64,000 nucleotides of DNA from an uncultured Flavobacteriaceae bacterium (GTDB taxonomy: Bacteria; Bacteroidota; Bacteroidia; Flavobacteriales; Flavobacteriaceae): the NCBI GenBank assembly GCA_965364455.1, contig CBDTXN010000001.1, forward strand, positions 5,211 to 69,210. The letters are read 5' to 3'. The translations under genes and the position numbers were made by a program. Below are positions 38,635 through 48,802 of the stretch, in pieces (within the stretch, counting starts at the first letter, position 1; every line of letters begins with the position of its first letter). Under the pieces are notes generated by a model. It was not told where the DNA came from. It searched no databases and was given only the letters and a program-made list of their open reading frames with translations.

Positions 38635-38854
38635 AATATTATAAACAAATATAAGGGCTAGTAGTCGGGGGCAATGTAAAAGTAAAATTAAGAAAAAATT
38701 AAGAAACGGAAACTAAAATTTCTAAAAAAAATGCCAAAACCTGTTTTTTAAGCCTATTTGTATATTATTAAAGCTTAGTGAGTTAACAAAACTTTAAAGT
38801 GAAATCTCTTTAGTATTGTTATAATGGCGTAATTTTATCGTATACTAATTGATA

Positions 38855-41053
38855 ATGAAGAAAAAGAAAAAGAATAAACCTAAAATACAAGGCAACCTTT
38901 CCAGAAGTATTATCGATATACTTCGAAACAATTCCGGAAAAACATATAATTACAAACAAATTGCTTCCATTCTGGGAGTAAATGATGCCAGCAGCAGGAA
39001 TCAGATCATTAAGAAACTTGCCCAATTAGCTGCAAAAAAAGAAATCCAGGAAGTAGATCGTGGTAAATTCATGATAGAAGGAAATAAGAATTATTACACT
39101 GGAGTACTGGATCTTACAACCAAAGGTTATGGATATGTTATGGTGGAGGAGTTTGCAGATGATATTTTTATTGCTCAAAAAGATCTAAATGCTGCCTTTG
39201 ACGGTGATACAGTAGAGATATATGTTTATAACCGACGAAGAAGAAAACGTTCTGAAGGCGAAATCACCAAAATTCTAAAACGAAAAAGAACTGAATTCGT
39301 AGGAACACTTCAAAAAAAGAAAGACTTTGGATTTGTGGTCATCGATGATAAATCGATGTATACAGATTTCTTTATTTCCGGAAATAAGCTGAATGGAGCT
39401 GAAAATGGTGATAAAGTCGTAGTTGAATATGAAGAATGGCCAGATAAAGCTGATTCTCCATTCGGAAGAGTCATTAGGGTTCTTGGAACACCGGGTGAAC
39501 ATCATACTGAAATACACTCGATCCTGGCCCAATATGGATTACCTCATGATTTTCCTGAAGAGGTAGAAGAATTTGCCAATCAAATAGATACTTCAATAAA
39601 TGAAGAGGAAATAGATAAAAGAAGGGACATGAGAGATGTGCTTACTTTTACTATAGATCCAAAAGATGCGAAAGATTTTGATGATGCTTTAAGTTTTCAA
39701 AGGCTTGAAAACGGTAATTATGAAATTGGTATTCATATTGCCGATGTTTCGCATTACCTGAAACCGGGAACAATCCTGGATGAAGAGGCTTATGACCGTG
39801 CAACTTCCGTTTATCTGGTAGATAGGGTAGTGCCTATGTTACCTGAAATATTATCTAACAATGCCTGTTCATTAAGGCCTAAAGAAGAAAAGTTTACTTT
39901 TTCTGCTGTTTTTGAAATTGATGATAATGCCAATGTTAAAGATCAGTGGTTTGGTAGAACGGTGACTTATTCAGATGAACGTTTTGCATATGAAGAAGCT
40001 CAACATATCCTTGAAACAGGTACGGGAACCATCCCAGATGATGTTTCTATAAGAAAACATGCTTATAGTGTTCGAGGTGCTTTGGTTGAAGCTGTAGTCA
40101 CTTTGAATAGATTAGCCAAAAAAATGCGTTCTAGAAGAATGCGAGATGGTGCGATCTCCTTTGATAAAGTTGAAGTTAAATTCAATTTGAATGAAGAGAA
40201 TGAACCAACCGGGGTTTTCTTTAAGACGGCCAAGGATGCCAATAAACTAATTGAAGAATTCATGCTACTTGCCAATAGAAAAGTAGCTGAATATATCGGA
40301 AAGCAAAGTCCGAAGAAAACTTTTGTATACAGGTGTCATGATGAACCGGATGATCAAAAATTAGCTGCCCTGCAAACTATTGTGGGTAGATTTGGTCACT
40401 CACTTAATCTTAAGGATCGTAGTACTACCACTTCTTCATTGAATAAATTACTGGAAGATGTTCAGGGTCGTAAAGAGCAAAATATGGTTGATACCCTTGC
40501 TATTCGTACCATGAGCAAAGCTTATTACGGTACCGAAAATATTGGTCATTATGGATTAGCTTTTGATTATTATACTCATTTTACCTCGCCAATTAGAAGA
40601 TATCCAGATGTAATGGTACATAGATTATTACAGCATTACTTAGACGGAGCAAAATCTGCAGATGAAGAAGAATATGAGAGCAAATGTCATCATAGCAGTG
40701 AAATGGAAAACCTTGCTACCAATGCAGAGAGGGATTCTATTAAATATATGCAGGTTAAATTCATGCAGGACCATGAAAATGAAGAATTCCTGGGAGTTAT
40801 TTCAGGGGTGACCGAATGGGGTATTTTTGTTGAGATCGTAGAGAATAAATGTGAAGGAATGATACGTTTAAGGGACATGAATGATGATCACTATGAATTT
40901 AATCCCGACGAATTTTCGGTAGTTGGAAAACGTACCGGGCAAAGTTATACTCTTGGAGATGAGGTTTATGTTAAGGTTAAAAATGCCGATCTGGTTAAAA
41001 GACATCTTGATTTCACATTGCTGGGAAATAGAGAAGAGGTTGAAGCAAGTTAA
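38855..41053 (+). CDS. rnr: Ribonuclease R
   Basis: FTIDPKDAKDFDDALS, HIADVSHY, LIEEFMLLAN, HYGLA..YTHFTSPIRRYPD; C-terminal S1 domain. Confidence 0.95.
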   Translation: MKKKKKNKPKIQGNLSRSIIDILRNNSGKTYNYKQIASILGVNDASSRNQIIKKLAQLAAKKEIQEVDRGKFMIEGNKNYYTGVLDLTTKGYGYVMVEEFADDIFIAQKDLNAAFDGDTVEIYVYNRRRRKRSEGEITKILKRKRTEFVGTLQKKKDFGFVVIDDKSMYTDFFISGNKLNGAENGDKVVVEYEEWPDKADSPFGRVIRVLGTPGEHHTEIHSILAQYGLPHDFPEEVEEFANQIDTSINEEEIDKRRDMRDVLTFTIDPKDAKDFDDALSFQRLENGNYEIGIHIADVSHYLKPGTILDEEAYDRATSVYLVDRVVPMLPEILSNNACSLRPKEEKFTFSAVFEIDDNANVKDQWFGRTVTYSDERFAYEEAQHILETGTGTIPDDVSIRKHAYSVRGALVEAVVTLNRLAKKMRSRRMRDGAISFDKVEVKFNLNEENEPTGVFFKTAKDANKLIEEFMLLANRKVAEYIGKQSPKKTFVYRCHDEPDDQKLAALQTIVGRFGHSLNLKDRSTTTSSLNKLLEDVQGRKEQNMVDTLAIRTMSKAYYGTENIGHYGLAFDYYTHFTSPIRRYPDVMVHRLLQHYLDGAKSADEEEYESKCHHSSEMENLATNAERDSIKYMQVKFMQDHENEEFLGVISGVTEWGIFVEIVENKCEGMIRLRDMNDDHYEFNPDEFSVVGKRTGQSYTLGDEVYVKVKNADLVKRHLDFTLLGNREEVEAS

Positions 41054-41150
41054 TTCTTGATCTCTTTGAAAATATTCAGAATTAAGGCTTTAACAGAGTA
41101 AAATCTTTTAAAAGTTCAAAAAGTTTACATTTGTATCACAACTTAACTGT

Positions 41151-41885
41151 ATGCTACAGGATGTTTTAGCTGCCCTGCCACTAGGTATTTTCCTGGCTTT
41201 TTTATTTGGTCCGGTATTTTTCGTATTGCTGGAAACAGCTGCTATTAAAGGTTTTAGAGCTGCTTTTGCTCTGGACCTTGGAGTGATATTAGCGGATATT
41301 GTCTTTATTATTATCGCTTATTTTAGTACTACCAAACTTCTGGAGAGTTTAAAAGATGATCCTGCACTTTTTATTTTCGGAGGAATGATCCTAACTACAT
41401 ATGGGGTTATGAGTTTTCTTCAAACAAAAAAAGTGCTTCATACAGATGATGAGACTCCTGAAATTAGAAAACTGGGAAAGAGTGATTATTTCAGCCTTCT
41501 TGCGAAGGGTTTCCTGCTTAATTTTATCAATATTGGTGTTCTGGGCTTCTGGCTTGGAGTAATCATCGTATTTGGCCCTAAATTGGATATGGAGCCTAAT
41601 CGCGTGTCGGTCTTCCTAAGCAGCGTTCTAATAACTTACCTGATAGTTGATATTGCCAAGATCCTTCTGGCAAAGAAATTAAACCGGAAATTAACGCCTA
41701 AGCGAATATATGTCATGAAAAAGGCGATTAGCGTAATTTTAATAGTATTTGGTGGAGTACTTATATTTCAGGGATTGTTCCCAACCCAGGTCAATGATAT
41801 AAAAGACCAGTTAGATGAAATATCTCCCCAGGACTCCCTTATTGGAAAATTAAAAAGTTTCCCTTCCCAAGATTCAGACAAATAA
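41151..41885 (+). CDS. LysE-family translocator
   Basis: FGPVFFVLLETA..KGFRAA, KGFLLNFIN; 6 hydrophobic segments. Confidence 0.8.
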   Translation: MLQDVLAALPLGIFLAFLFGPVFFVLLETAAIKGFRAAFALDLGVILADIVFIIIAYFSTTKLLESLKDDPALFIFGGMILTTYGVMSFLQTKKVLHTDDETPEIRKLGKSDYFSLLAKGFLLNFINIGVLGFWLGVIIVFGPKLDMEPNRVSVFLSSVLITYLIVDIAKILLAKKLNRKLTPKRIYVMKKAISVILIVFGGVLIFQGLFPTQVNDIKDQLDEISPQDSLIGKLKSFPSQDSDK

Positions 41886-41918
41886 AAAAAGCTTCCTGAA
41901 AATTCAGAAAGCTTTTTT
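41885..41918. terminator. Bidirectional terminator between the LysE gene and tRNA-Cys
   Basis: AAAAAAGCTTCCTGAA-AA-TTCAGAAAGCTTTTTT. Confidence 0.7.
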
Positions 41919-41919
41919 G

Positions 41920-41990
41920 AGGCATCGAGCGGATTCGAACCGCTGTACAAGGTTTTGCAGACCTCTGCCTAGCCACTCGGCCACGATGCC
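41920..41990 (-). tRNA. tRNA-Cys (GCA)
   Basis: GGCATCG-TGGCCGAGTGGCTAGGC-A-GAGGT-CTGCAAA-ACCTT-GTAC-AGCGG-TTCGAAT-CCGCT-CGATGCC-T; U discriminator; CCA not encoded. Confidence 0.97.
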
Positions 41991-42039
41991 TTATACAGGT
42001 GGCAAATGTAATAAAATTTTTAAGTTTCAAAACTAAAAT

Positions 42040-42396
42040 CTAACGGGATTTAGTTCGGCTAACCGTAACCATCGCTACATTTCCTCCAATAGGCGGATTA
42101 ATTTTCGAAACATCAACCTTGGCCTTTTGTACCATAATGAGTTCATCCATAATGCGTTTAAGGATCCTTTCGGCTACAGATTCCAGTAATTTGGACCTGA
42201 TCGCCATTTCTTCCTTTACAATTTTATTTAAATGAACATAATCTATAGTATCAGCAAGTTTATCTGTTTTTGCTGAATGAGAAAGATCTCCGTGCACTTC
42301 CAGGTCTACCCTGTAATCACTACCTATTTTTTCTTCTTCATCAAGACATCCATGATTTGAAAAAACCTTGATGTTATTAAGCTTTATAATTCCCAC
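42040..42396 (-). CDS. folB: Dihydroneopterin aldolase
   Basis: HGCLDEE..IG, D.LADTIDY, LLESVAE, SKINPPIGG. GTG start. Confidence 0.92.
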   Translation of the reverse strand: MGIIKLNNIKVFSNHGCLDEEEKIGSDYRVDLEVHGDLSHSAKTDKLADTIDYVHLNKIVKEEMAIRSKLLESVAERILKRIMDELIMVQKAKVDVSKINPPIGGNVAMVTVSRTKSR

Positions 42397-42441
42397 GATC
42401 GATTTTTTTTTTACAAAGATATGGTCTCTAACGGATATTTA

Positions 42442-43158
42442 TTATTGAATTAATTTTTCTCCTATGATTCCTATCAGGAAACCCAGATTAGCTCCTAACG
42501 CAGGAAGCCATGATCTTTTCAGTTTCACCTGTGGAGCTATATCCTGAAAAATAAGATATAAGATTCCTCCACTGGCAAAAACCATTAAAATTGCGGTTAT
42601 TTCCGGTAGATCAGTCAAAAAGCTATAACCCAAAAGAGCACCAATTACACCGGAAAAACTCAGTAAAAACAGGATTATCAGGCTCTTTTTTGCATTAAGA
42701 CCGCTACTTTTTAGATCCTGAAAGGAATTAAAAGATTCGGGTAAATTCTGGAGTCCGATGAAAATAGCTAATAAAATTCCGGTTTTTCTATCTGTGGCGA
42801 AAATGGCGCCCAGCGCGATCGCTTCAGGAATAAAATCTAATAGCATAGCCATTAACTGAGATAATGTATTTCCTGATTTATCCAGTTTTTTATCTATCCA
42901 GAAAACACAAATGGCCCCGGTAATAAATGCCAGGATCAGTTTTAAGAGGTTTAGTTCTTCCATTCCTCTTGGAATAAGTACCAATGCAACCGCCGCAATT
43001 AGAATTCCACCACCAAATGCGGTTATAAAATGGAATAATTCTTTTTGTTTTTTATTCTGTTTAAATCCGGCTCCGAGATAATGTGACAACAGACCTCCCA
43101 GAAAGACAGTGATACCTGAAAATGCGGAGTATAAAATGATTTTATAAATATCCTGCAT
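42442..43158 (-). CDS. ZIP/GufA-family divalent metal transporter
   Basis: FGGGILI, DFIPEAIALG, QNLPESF, FASGGILY. Confidence 0.82.
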   Translation of the reverse strand: MQDIYKIILYSAFSGITVFLGGLLSHYLGAGFKQNKKQKELFHFITAFGGGILIAAVALVLIPRGMEELNLLKLILAFITGAICVFWIDKKLDKSGNTLSQLMAMLLDFIPEAIALGAIFATDRKTGILLAIFIGLQNLPESFNSFQDLKSSGLNAKKSLIILFLLSFSGVIGALLGYSFLTDLPEITAILMVFASGGILYLIFQDIAPQVKLKRSWLPALGANLGFLIGIIGEKLIQ

Positions 43159-43270
43159 GAAATTATTTAGCTAATAATTTCAAGTTATTGATTTTTACTG
43201 ATACTAATAGGCTCAACCTAACCGTATCGACTTAAATTTTGATAAATTTGCGTTTTATTTTAAATCAGAT

Positions 43271-44950
43271 ATGGCCGAAGGAAAAAAGTCGCTCAATTTC
43301 ATAGAGCAAATTATAGAAGAGGATCTAAGTAATAATTATAAAAAAGATGACCTTAAATTCAGGTTTCCACCAGAACCTAATGGTTATTTACATATTGGGC
43401 ATGCATCTTCCATTTGCCTTAATTTCGGCTTGGGAGAGACCTATGATGCCCCGGTAAATCTTAGGTTTGACGATACCAATCCAATCAAAGAGGAGCAGGA
43501 ATATGTCGATGCAATTAAAAGGGATGTGGAATGGTTAGGCTTTAAGTGGGCCAAAGAATGCTACGCTTCAGACTATTTTCAGCAATTATACGACTGGGCT
43601 GTAGAGATGATCAAAAATGGCGATGCTTATGTAGATAGCCAGACTTCAGAAGAGATCGCTGAACAAAAAGGAACTCCAACGGAACCTGGAAAAGAAAGCC
43701 CTTACAGAAATAGATCTGTAGAAGAAAACCTTGATCTTTTTGAAAAGATGAAGAATGGTGATACTCCAGAAAAAGGCCATGTTCTTAGGGCTAAGATCGA
43801 TATGGGTGCATCAAACATGCTTATGAGGGATCCGGTTATGTATAGATGTCTTCATAAAAGCCATCATAGAACCGGGAATGACTGGAAGATCTATCCAATG
43901 TATGACTGGGCTCATGGTGAAAGTGATTTTATCGAACAGGTATCACATTCTTTTTGTACCCTGGAATTTCTTCCTCACCGTGAACTATATAATTGGTTTG
44001 TAGACAAGGTGAGTAAACCAGGAGAACTTAAGCCTAAACAGCGAGAGTTTGCCCGAAGAAATCTAAGTCATACCATCGTAAGTAAGAGAAAATTACTTCA
44101 ACTGGTAGAGAAAGGGATAGTTGATTCCTGGGACGATCCCAGAATGCCTACTATTTCAGGATTAAGAAGAAGGGGTTATACTCCTGATTCTATCAGAAAA
44201 TTTGCCGATTCTATTGGGGTCGGTAAAAGAGAAAACCTGATTGATGTTTCTCATCTTGAGTTCTGTGCTCGGGAAGATCTGAATAAAGTGGCACCTCGTG
44301 TAATGGGAGTTTTGGATCCGGTAAAACTAATAATCACCAATTATCCTGAAGGAGAAGAGGAGTGGCTTGAAGCAGAAAATAACCCTGAAGATGAAACTGC
44401 AGGTAGCAGAGAGATACCTTTCTCACGTGAATTATATATAGAAAGGGAAGATTTCAAGGAAAGCGCGAATAGAAAATTTTTCAGGCTTACTCTTGAAAAA
44501 GAAGTTAGACTTAAAAATGCTTATATCATCAAAGGAGAGAATGTAGTTAAGGATGATAATGGAAATATTACTGAAATACATTGTACCTACGATCCTAAAA
44601 GTAAAAGTGGAAGCGGTACCGAAGAATCACTAAGAAAAGTGAAAGGAACCCTACATTGGGTAAGTGTAAAACATGCAATAGAAGCTGAAGTTAGACTTTA
44701 CGACAGATTATTTACAGAGGAAGCACCAGATGCGGTTAAGGGAAAAGATTATCTTGATTTTGTAAATCCAGAATCTTTAAAAGTGGTTACAGGATATCTT
44801 GAACCCGGTTTGAAAGATGTAAAACCAGGGGATAAAGTACAATTTCAGCGTATAGGATATTTCTGTGTAGACAGGGATTCTACTCAAGATAAACCTGTAT
44901 TCAATAGAACAGTAACCTTGCGTGATTCCTGGGCCAAGATTAAAAGTTAG
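43271..44950 (+). CDS. glnS: Glutamine--tRNA ligase
   Basis: RFPPEPNGYLHIGH, RFDDTNP, YPMYD, SKRKL, WDDPRMPTISGLRRRG. Confidence 0.96.
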   Translation: MAEGKKSLNFIEQIIEEDLSNNYKKDDLKFRFPPEPNGYLHIGHASSICLNFGLGETYDAPVNLRFDDTNPIKEEQEYVDAIKRDVEWLGFKWAKECYASDYFQQLYDWAVEMIKNGDAYVDSQTSEEIAEQKGTPTEPGKESPYRNRSVEENLDLFEKMKNGDTPEKGHVLRAKIDMGASNMLMRDPVMYRCLHKSHHRTGNDWKIYPMYDWAHGESDFIEQVSHSFCTLEFLPHRELYNWFVDKVSKPGELKPKQREFARRNLSHTIVSKRKLLQLVEKGIVDSWDDPRMPTISGLRRRGYTPDSIRKFADSIGVGKRENLIDVSHLEFCAREDLNKVAPRVMGVLDPVKLIITNYPEGEEEWLEAENNPEDETAGSREIPFSRELYIEREDFKESANRKFFRLTLEKEVRLKNAYIIKGENVVKDDNGNITEIHCTYDPKSKSGSGTEESLRKVKGTLHWVSVKHAIEAEVRLYDRLFTEEAPDAVKGKDYLDFVNPESLKVVTGYLEPGLKDVKPGDKVQFQRIGYFCVDRDSTQDKPVFNRTVTLRDSWAKIKS

Positions 44951-45074
44951 ATTTATTTCCTATTTTTAAGAATAATTTAGCAAAGGATTTTTAACATATT
45001 AACCGGTTGTTAACAACCTATGGCATACGCATCCGTTACCTTTGAATGAATAATAACTTAAAATTCAAAAACTT

Positions 45075-45440
45075 ATGGCAAGTACAGGAAATACCCTTTT
45101 AGCATTAATTACAGGAGCGGCAATAGGAGCCGGAGTTGGTTTACTATATGCTCCAGATAGCGGTGAGAAGACTCGCAAAAAGCTTAAAAAGGATGCTCAA
45201 AAAGCGCAGGATAACCTAAACAAACGTTATCACGAAACAAGCTCAAATTTGAGTGAAAAGGCTAAAAAAGCAAGAATGGATTTTGAGGATAGACTTGAAG
45301 AGACTTTATCTTCTGCAAGTCACAAAGCAGATGATATTTTAGCCGCTATGGAGACTAAACTTGATGAATTAAGAAAACAAAACGCTAAATTGAAGAAAGG
45401 AAAGTCTTCTGGAAATTCTCCAGATAAAGCAGTAGTATAA
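45075..45440 (+). CDS. YtxH-domain protein
   Basis: GAAIGAGVGLLYAPDSGEKTRKKL followed by a coiled coil. Confidence 0.88.
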   Translation: MASTGNTLLALITGAAIGAGVGLLYAPDSGEKTRKKLKKDAQKAQDNLNKRYHETSSNLSEKAKKARMDFEDRLEETLSSASHKADDILAAMETKLDELRKQNAKLKKGKSSGNSPDKAVV

Positions 45441-45448
45441 TCTTATAT

Positions 45449-45805
45449 ATGGCATTTGAGAAAATATCCAACGGTATTCACGATTTAAATACTAATGTTC
45501 AGGCGTTTTTACACAGTAACTCTGAATACTACAAATTAAGAGCCTTTAAGCAGGGTATGAGGGGAGCAACTTCCCTTGTGCGCTTTCTTATAATGGCTTT
45601 TCTTTTGAGCGTAGCCGGAATGATGTTATCTTTTGCGTTGGCAATAGTTATTAGCGAAGCAATAGGAGTTCCCAGTTCGGGCTATTTTATTGTGGGTGGT
45701 TTTTACATGATCATTTTAATTTTGATTTTGGTCTTTGGTAAAAAACCTATTGAGAAACTGATGCTCAGGAAATTTTCAAAAGCTTTTTTTAATGATAAAG
45801 ATTAA
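45449..45805 (+). CDS. Two-TM YqjE/'phage holin 3_6'-like membrane protein
   Basis: Amphipathic N-terminus (EYYKL), two TM helices, GYFIVGGFY; follows YtxH. Confidence 0.65.
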   Translation: MAFEKISNGIHDLNTNVQAFLHSNSEYYKLRAFKQGMRGATSLVRFLIMAFLLSVAGMMLSFALAIVISEAIGVPSSGYFIVGGFYMIILILILVFGKKPIEKLMLRKFSKAFFNDKD

Positions 45806-46038
45806 TGATGAGAGTTTATTCCTCCTTCGAAGAGATAGATAAGGATCTAAAGATCTTAAAACTTCAAACCGAAATAGACAAGGAAGAGATCAAATTAAGT
45901 ATTGATCGTACCAAACAGGGTTTTTCTCCCATGTCTTTTATAGGTAGTGCAGTAGGATCTATTATTCAAAAAGCCTTGATATTGAAGGCTGTTTCCAAAA
46001 TTACAGGTGTAAAGAAGGTTCTAACCTCGAAGAAGTAA
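45805..46038 (+). CDS. DUF6327-like small conserved protein
   Basis: YSSFEEIDKDLKILKLQTEIDKEE; start overlaps the previous stop. Confidence 0.65.
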   Translation: MMRVYSSFEEIDKDLKILKLQTEIDKEEIKLSIDRTKQGFSPMSFIGSAVGSIIQKALILKAVSKITGVKKVLTSKK

Positions 46039-46060
46039 TACTCAAATTATTAAAAATATG

Positions 46061-46086
46061 AAGGCCCGTATCTCGGGTCTTTTTTT
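46061..46086 (+). terminator. Intrinsic terminator
   Basis: AAGGCCCG-TATCT-CGGGTCTT-TTTTT. Confidence 0.65.
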
Positions 46087-47047
46087 ATTCGTTCTTATCG
46101 TTCGATTTCTTGTTTGATTTGCCTGCCTGTTTCAGGTTTTGTTCTTTCATGGCCTCACCTATCTGGTTTGAAGCCGTAAAAGAAGCAACCATATTATTCA
46201 ACATATCACTACCGGCCTGAGGAGAATTTGGAAGTAATATTAAATTACTGTTCGTTTCTTCGCCAATGGCCTGTAATGTATCGTAATGCTGGGTAACCAC
46301 GATGAGGGCAGAGGCTTCCTGGGAATTGATACCCACATTGTTAAGTACATCTACACTTTCTTCAAGTCCACGGGCAATCTCTCTTCGCTGATCGGCAATA
46401 CCCTGTCCCTGCAATCTTTTACTTTCCGCTTCAGCTCTTGCTTTGGCCACGATCTTGATCCTGTCTGCTTCCGCATCATATTCAGCAGCAACTTTTTCCC
46501 TCTCTGCAGCATTAATGCGGTTCATTGCCGCTTTCACCTGAACATCGGGGTCTATATCTGTTACCAGGGTCTTGATAATATCGTATCCGTAAGACTGCAT
46601 AGCCTCGTTCAATTCACGGTTAACCGCAATAGCTATGTCATCCTTACGTTCAAATACGTCGTCTAACTTCATTTTAGGCACTTCTGCGCGTACAACGTCA
46701 AAAACGTAGGCTGTTATCTGGTCATGAGGGCTTTCGAGCTTATAGAAGGCATCATATACATTATCTTTTCTCACCTGGAATTGTACAGAAATCTTAAGTT
46801 TTACAAAAACATTGTCTTTGGTCTTGGTTTCAACAAGTACATCGAGTTGCTGAACTTTAAGATTGATCCTTCCGGCAACCTGGTCTATAACCGGAATTTT
46901 TAGCTGTAAACCGGAGCTTCTTATACTGGTGAATCTTCCAAATCTTTCTATGATCGCCGAGGTTTGTTGTTTTACTATGAATATTCCTGAAAAGAGAACT
47001 AGTAGCAGAATAACGACTAGCACTGGTATAAATACTAAATTTAGCAT
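46085..47047 (-). CDS. SPFH/band 7 domain protein
   Basis: N-terminal TM; IIERFGRF, ETKTKDNVFV, VFDVVRAEVP, AMNRINAAER. Confidence 0.92.
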   Translation of the reverse strand: MLNLVFIPVLVVILLLVLFSGIFIVKQQTSAIIERFGRFTSIRSSGLQLKIPVIDQVAGRINLKVQQLDVLVETKTKDNVFVKLKISVQFQVRKDNVYDAFYKLESPHDQITAYVFDVVRAEVPKMKLDDVFERKDDIAIAVNRELNEAMQSYGYDIIKTLVTDIDPDVQVKAAMNRINAAEREKVAAEYDAEADRIKIVAKARAEAESKRLQGQGIADQRREIARGLEESVDVLNNVGINSQEASALIVVTQHYDTLQAIGEETNSNLILLPNSPQAGSDMLNNMVASFTASNQIGEAMKEQNLKQAGKSNKKSNDKNE

Positions 47048-47109
47048 GTTATAATTATTAGATTAACAATGCTTCAATTTAGCAATAAAAGCTTGAAACC
47101 TTATTAAAT

Positions 47110-47146
47110 AAAAAACCGGCTATGAAATTGTTTCAAAGCCGGTTTT
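47110..47146 (-). terminator. Intrinsic terminator after gltX
   Basis: AAAACCGGCT(A)TGAAA-TTG-TTTCAAAGCCGGTTTT. Confidence 0.7.
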
Positions 47147-47167
47147 ATTTTTTTGTGAATTCAATAT

Positions 47168-48685
47168 CTACTTCAGGGTATCTATTGCTTTCTGAATTCT
47201 ATTAAGTGTTTCTTCTTTTCCTATAAATTCTGCGATCTTGTAAAGATCTGGACCCTGTAAGGCACCAACAAGGGCTATCCTTAATGGCATCATCACTTTT
47301 CCGAATCCAATTTCTTTCGACTTTATCCAGCCTTTAACCGATTCCTGTAAATGCTCTGCCTGAAAATTATCTTCTTTTTGAAGAAATTCGTGCAATTCAG
47401 ACATTAGTGCAGCTGTATCGGCTTTCCATGCTTTTTTAGAATCTTTAGGGTCAAATGAAGTTGGAGCAATGAAGAAGAAATTTCCCTGTTCCCAGAAATC
47501 TTCAGCGAAAACAGTTCTTTCTTTGATGAGTGCTACGACTTCCCTAATGTACTTTTTATCAGCCTTTATTTCTTTCTCTGCTAATTGCTTTTCAAATTCA
47601 TCGGCAAGAAAACTATTATCGGCTTCCTGCATATAATGCTGCTGGAACCATTTGGTCTTTTCCGGGTCAAATTTAGCCCCTCCTTTATGCACCCTTTCTA
47701 ATTCAAATGTATTGGTGAGTTCTTCCAGTTTAAAGAATTCCTGTTCTGTTCCTGGATTCCATCCTAAAAATGCCAGCATATTTACCACTGCTTCCGGGAA
47801 ATAACCTTCCTCACGATAACCTGCCGAAATATCTCCTGATTTTGGATCTTTCCATTCTAATGGAAATACCGGGAACCCCATTTTCTCACCATCACGTTTA
47901 CTTAATTTTCCTTTACCCTGAGGCTTGAGTATAAGCGGCAAGTGAGCAAATTCAGGAGCGTTCCAGCCAAAAGCCCTGTAAAGCATGTAATGAAGGGCTA
48001 GTGAAGGCAACCATTCTTCACCACGAATTACATGAGTGATCTCCATTAGGTGATCATCTACAATATTTGCCAAATGATATGTTGGCATCCCGTCACTTTT
48101 AAAAAGTACTTTATCGTCCAGGATATTCGTATCAATTTCCATATCTCCACGAATCACATCCTTAAGATGCAAAGTCTCATCCTGAGGAGACTTAAAACGG
48201 ATCACATAATCCTCGTCATTATCTAATTTTTTCTGAACCTCGTCCTTTGAAAGTGAAAGCGAATTTTTCAGTTTTTCACGATTATGCCAGTTATAGATGA
48301 AGGTCTTTCCTTTTTCCTCGTGATCTTTTCTATGGGCATCTAATTCTTCGGAAGTATCAAAAGCATAATACGCATCTCCAGACTCTATTAGTTTTTCAGC
48401 ATATTCTCTATACTTATCTTTACGCTCACTTTGTCTGTATGGTCCAAAACCTTTTTCTTTTCCAGGGCCTTCGTCATACGGAATTCCGCACCAGTTGAGC
48501 GATTCAATAATATAATCTTCAGCTCCTTCCACATAGCGGTTTTGATCTGTATCTTCTATTCTCAATACAAAATCACCATTATGTTTTTTAGCAAATAAAT
48601 AATTATATAAGGCTGTTCTTACTCCACCAATATGTAATGGTCCCGTTGGGCTGGGAGCAAATCTTACTCTTACTTTTGAAGACAT
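47168..48685 (-). CDS. gltX: Glutamate--tRNA ligase
   Basis: VRVRFAPSPTGPLHIGG, RIEDTD, PTYH..VDD, KLSKR. True ATG at 48685; the track's extension contains a TATCTTTG promoter element. Confidence 0.96.
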   Translation of the reverse strand: MSSKVRVRFAPSPTGPLHIGGVRTALYNYLFAKKHNGDFVLRIEDTDQNRYVEGAEDYIIESLNWCGIPYDEGPGKEKGFGPYRQSERKDKYREYAEKLIESGDAYYAFDTSEELDAHRKDHEEKGKTFIYNWHNREKLKNSLSLSKDEVQKKLDNDEDYVIRFKSPQDETLHLKDVIRGDMEIDTNILDDKVLFKSDGMPTYHLANIVDDHLMEITHVIRGEEWLPSLALHYMLYRAFGWNAPEFAHLPLILKPQGKGKLSKRDGEKMGFPVFPLEWKDPKSGDISAGYREEGYFPEAVVNMLAFLGWNPGTEQEFFKLEELTNTFELERVHKGGAKFDPEKTKWFQQHYMQEADNSFLADEFEKQLAEKEIKADKKYIREVVALIKERTVFAEDFWEQGNFFFIAPTSFDPKDSKKAWKADTAALMSELHEFLQKEDNFQAEHLQESVKGWIKSKEIGFGKVMMPLRIALVGALQGPDLYKIAEFIGKEETLNRIQKAIDTLK

Positions 48686-48802
48686 ATTTTCAAATTTTTG
48701 AGGACAAAGATACAACCTTATTAAAGCAATCCTAAACCCACAGTGACTCATCCTGAATAAGAATGATTTTTATTGTATTTTTAAGGAAAGATTGCGTGGA
48801 AA

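Noticed and set aside
41768-42030. Two short minus-strand ORFs (60 and 63 aa)
   Set aside because: They are translations across tRNA-Cys and its terminator.
45449-45805. Holin-like gene as a sign of prophage
   Set aside because: No integrase, endolysin or structural genes are nearby, and the context is a cellular YtxH operon.
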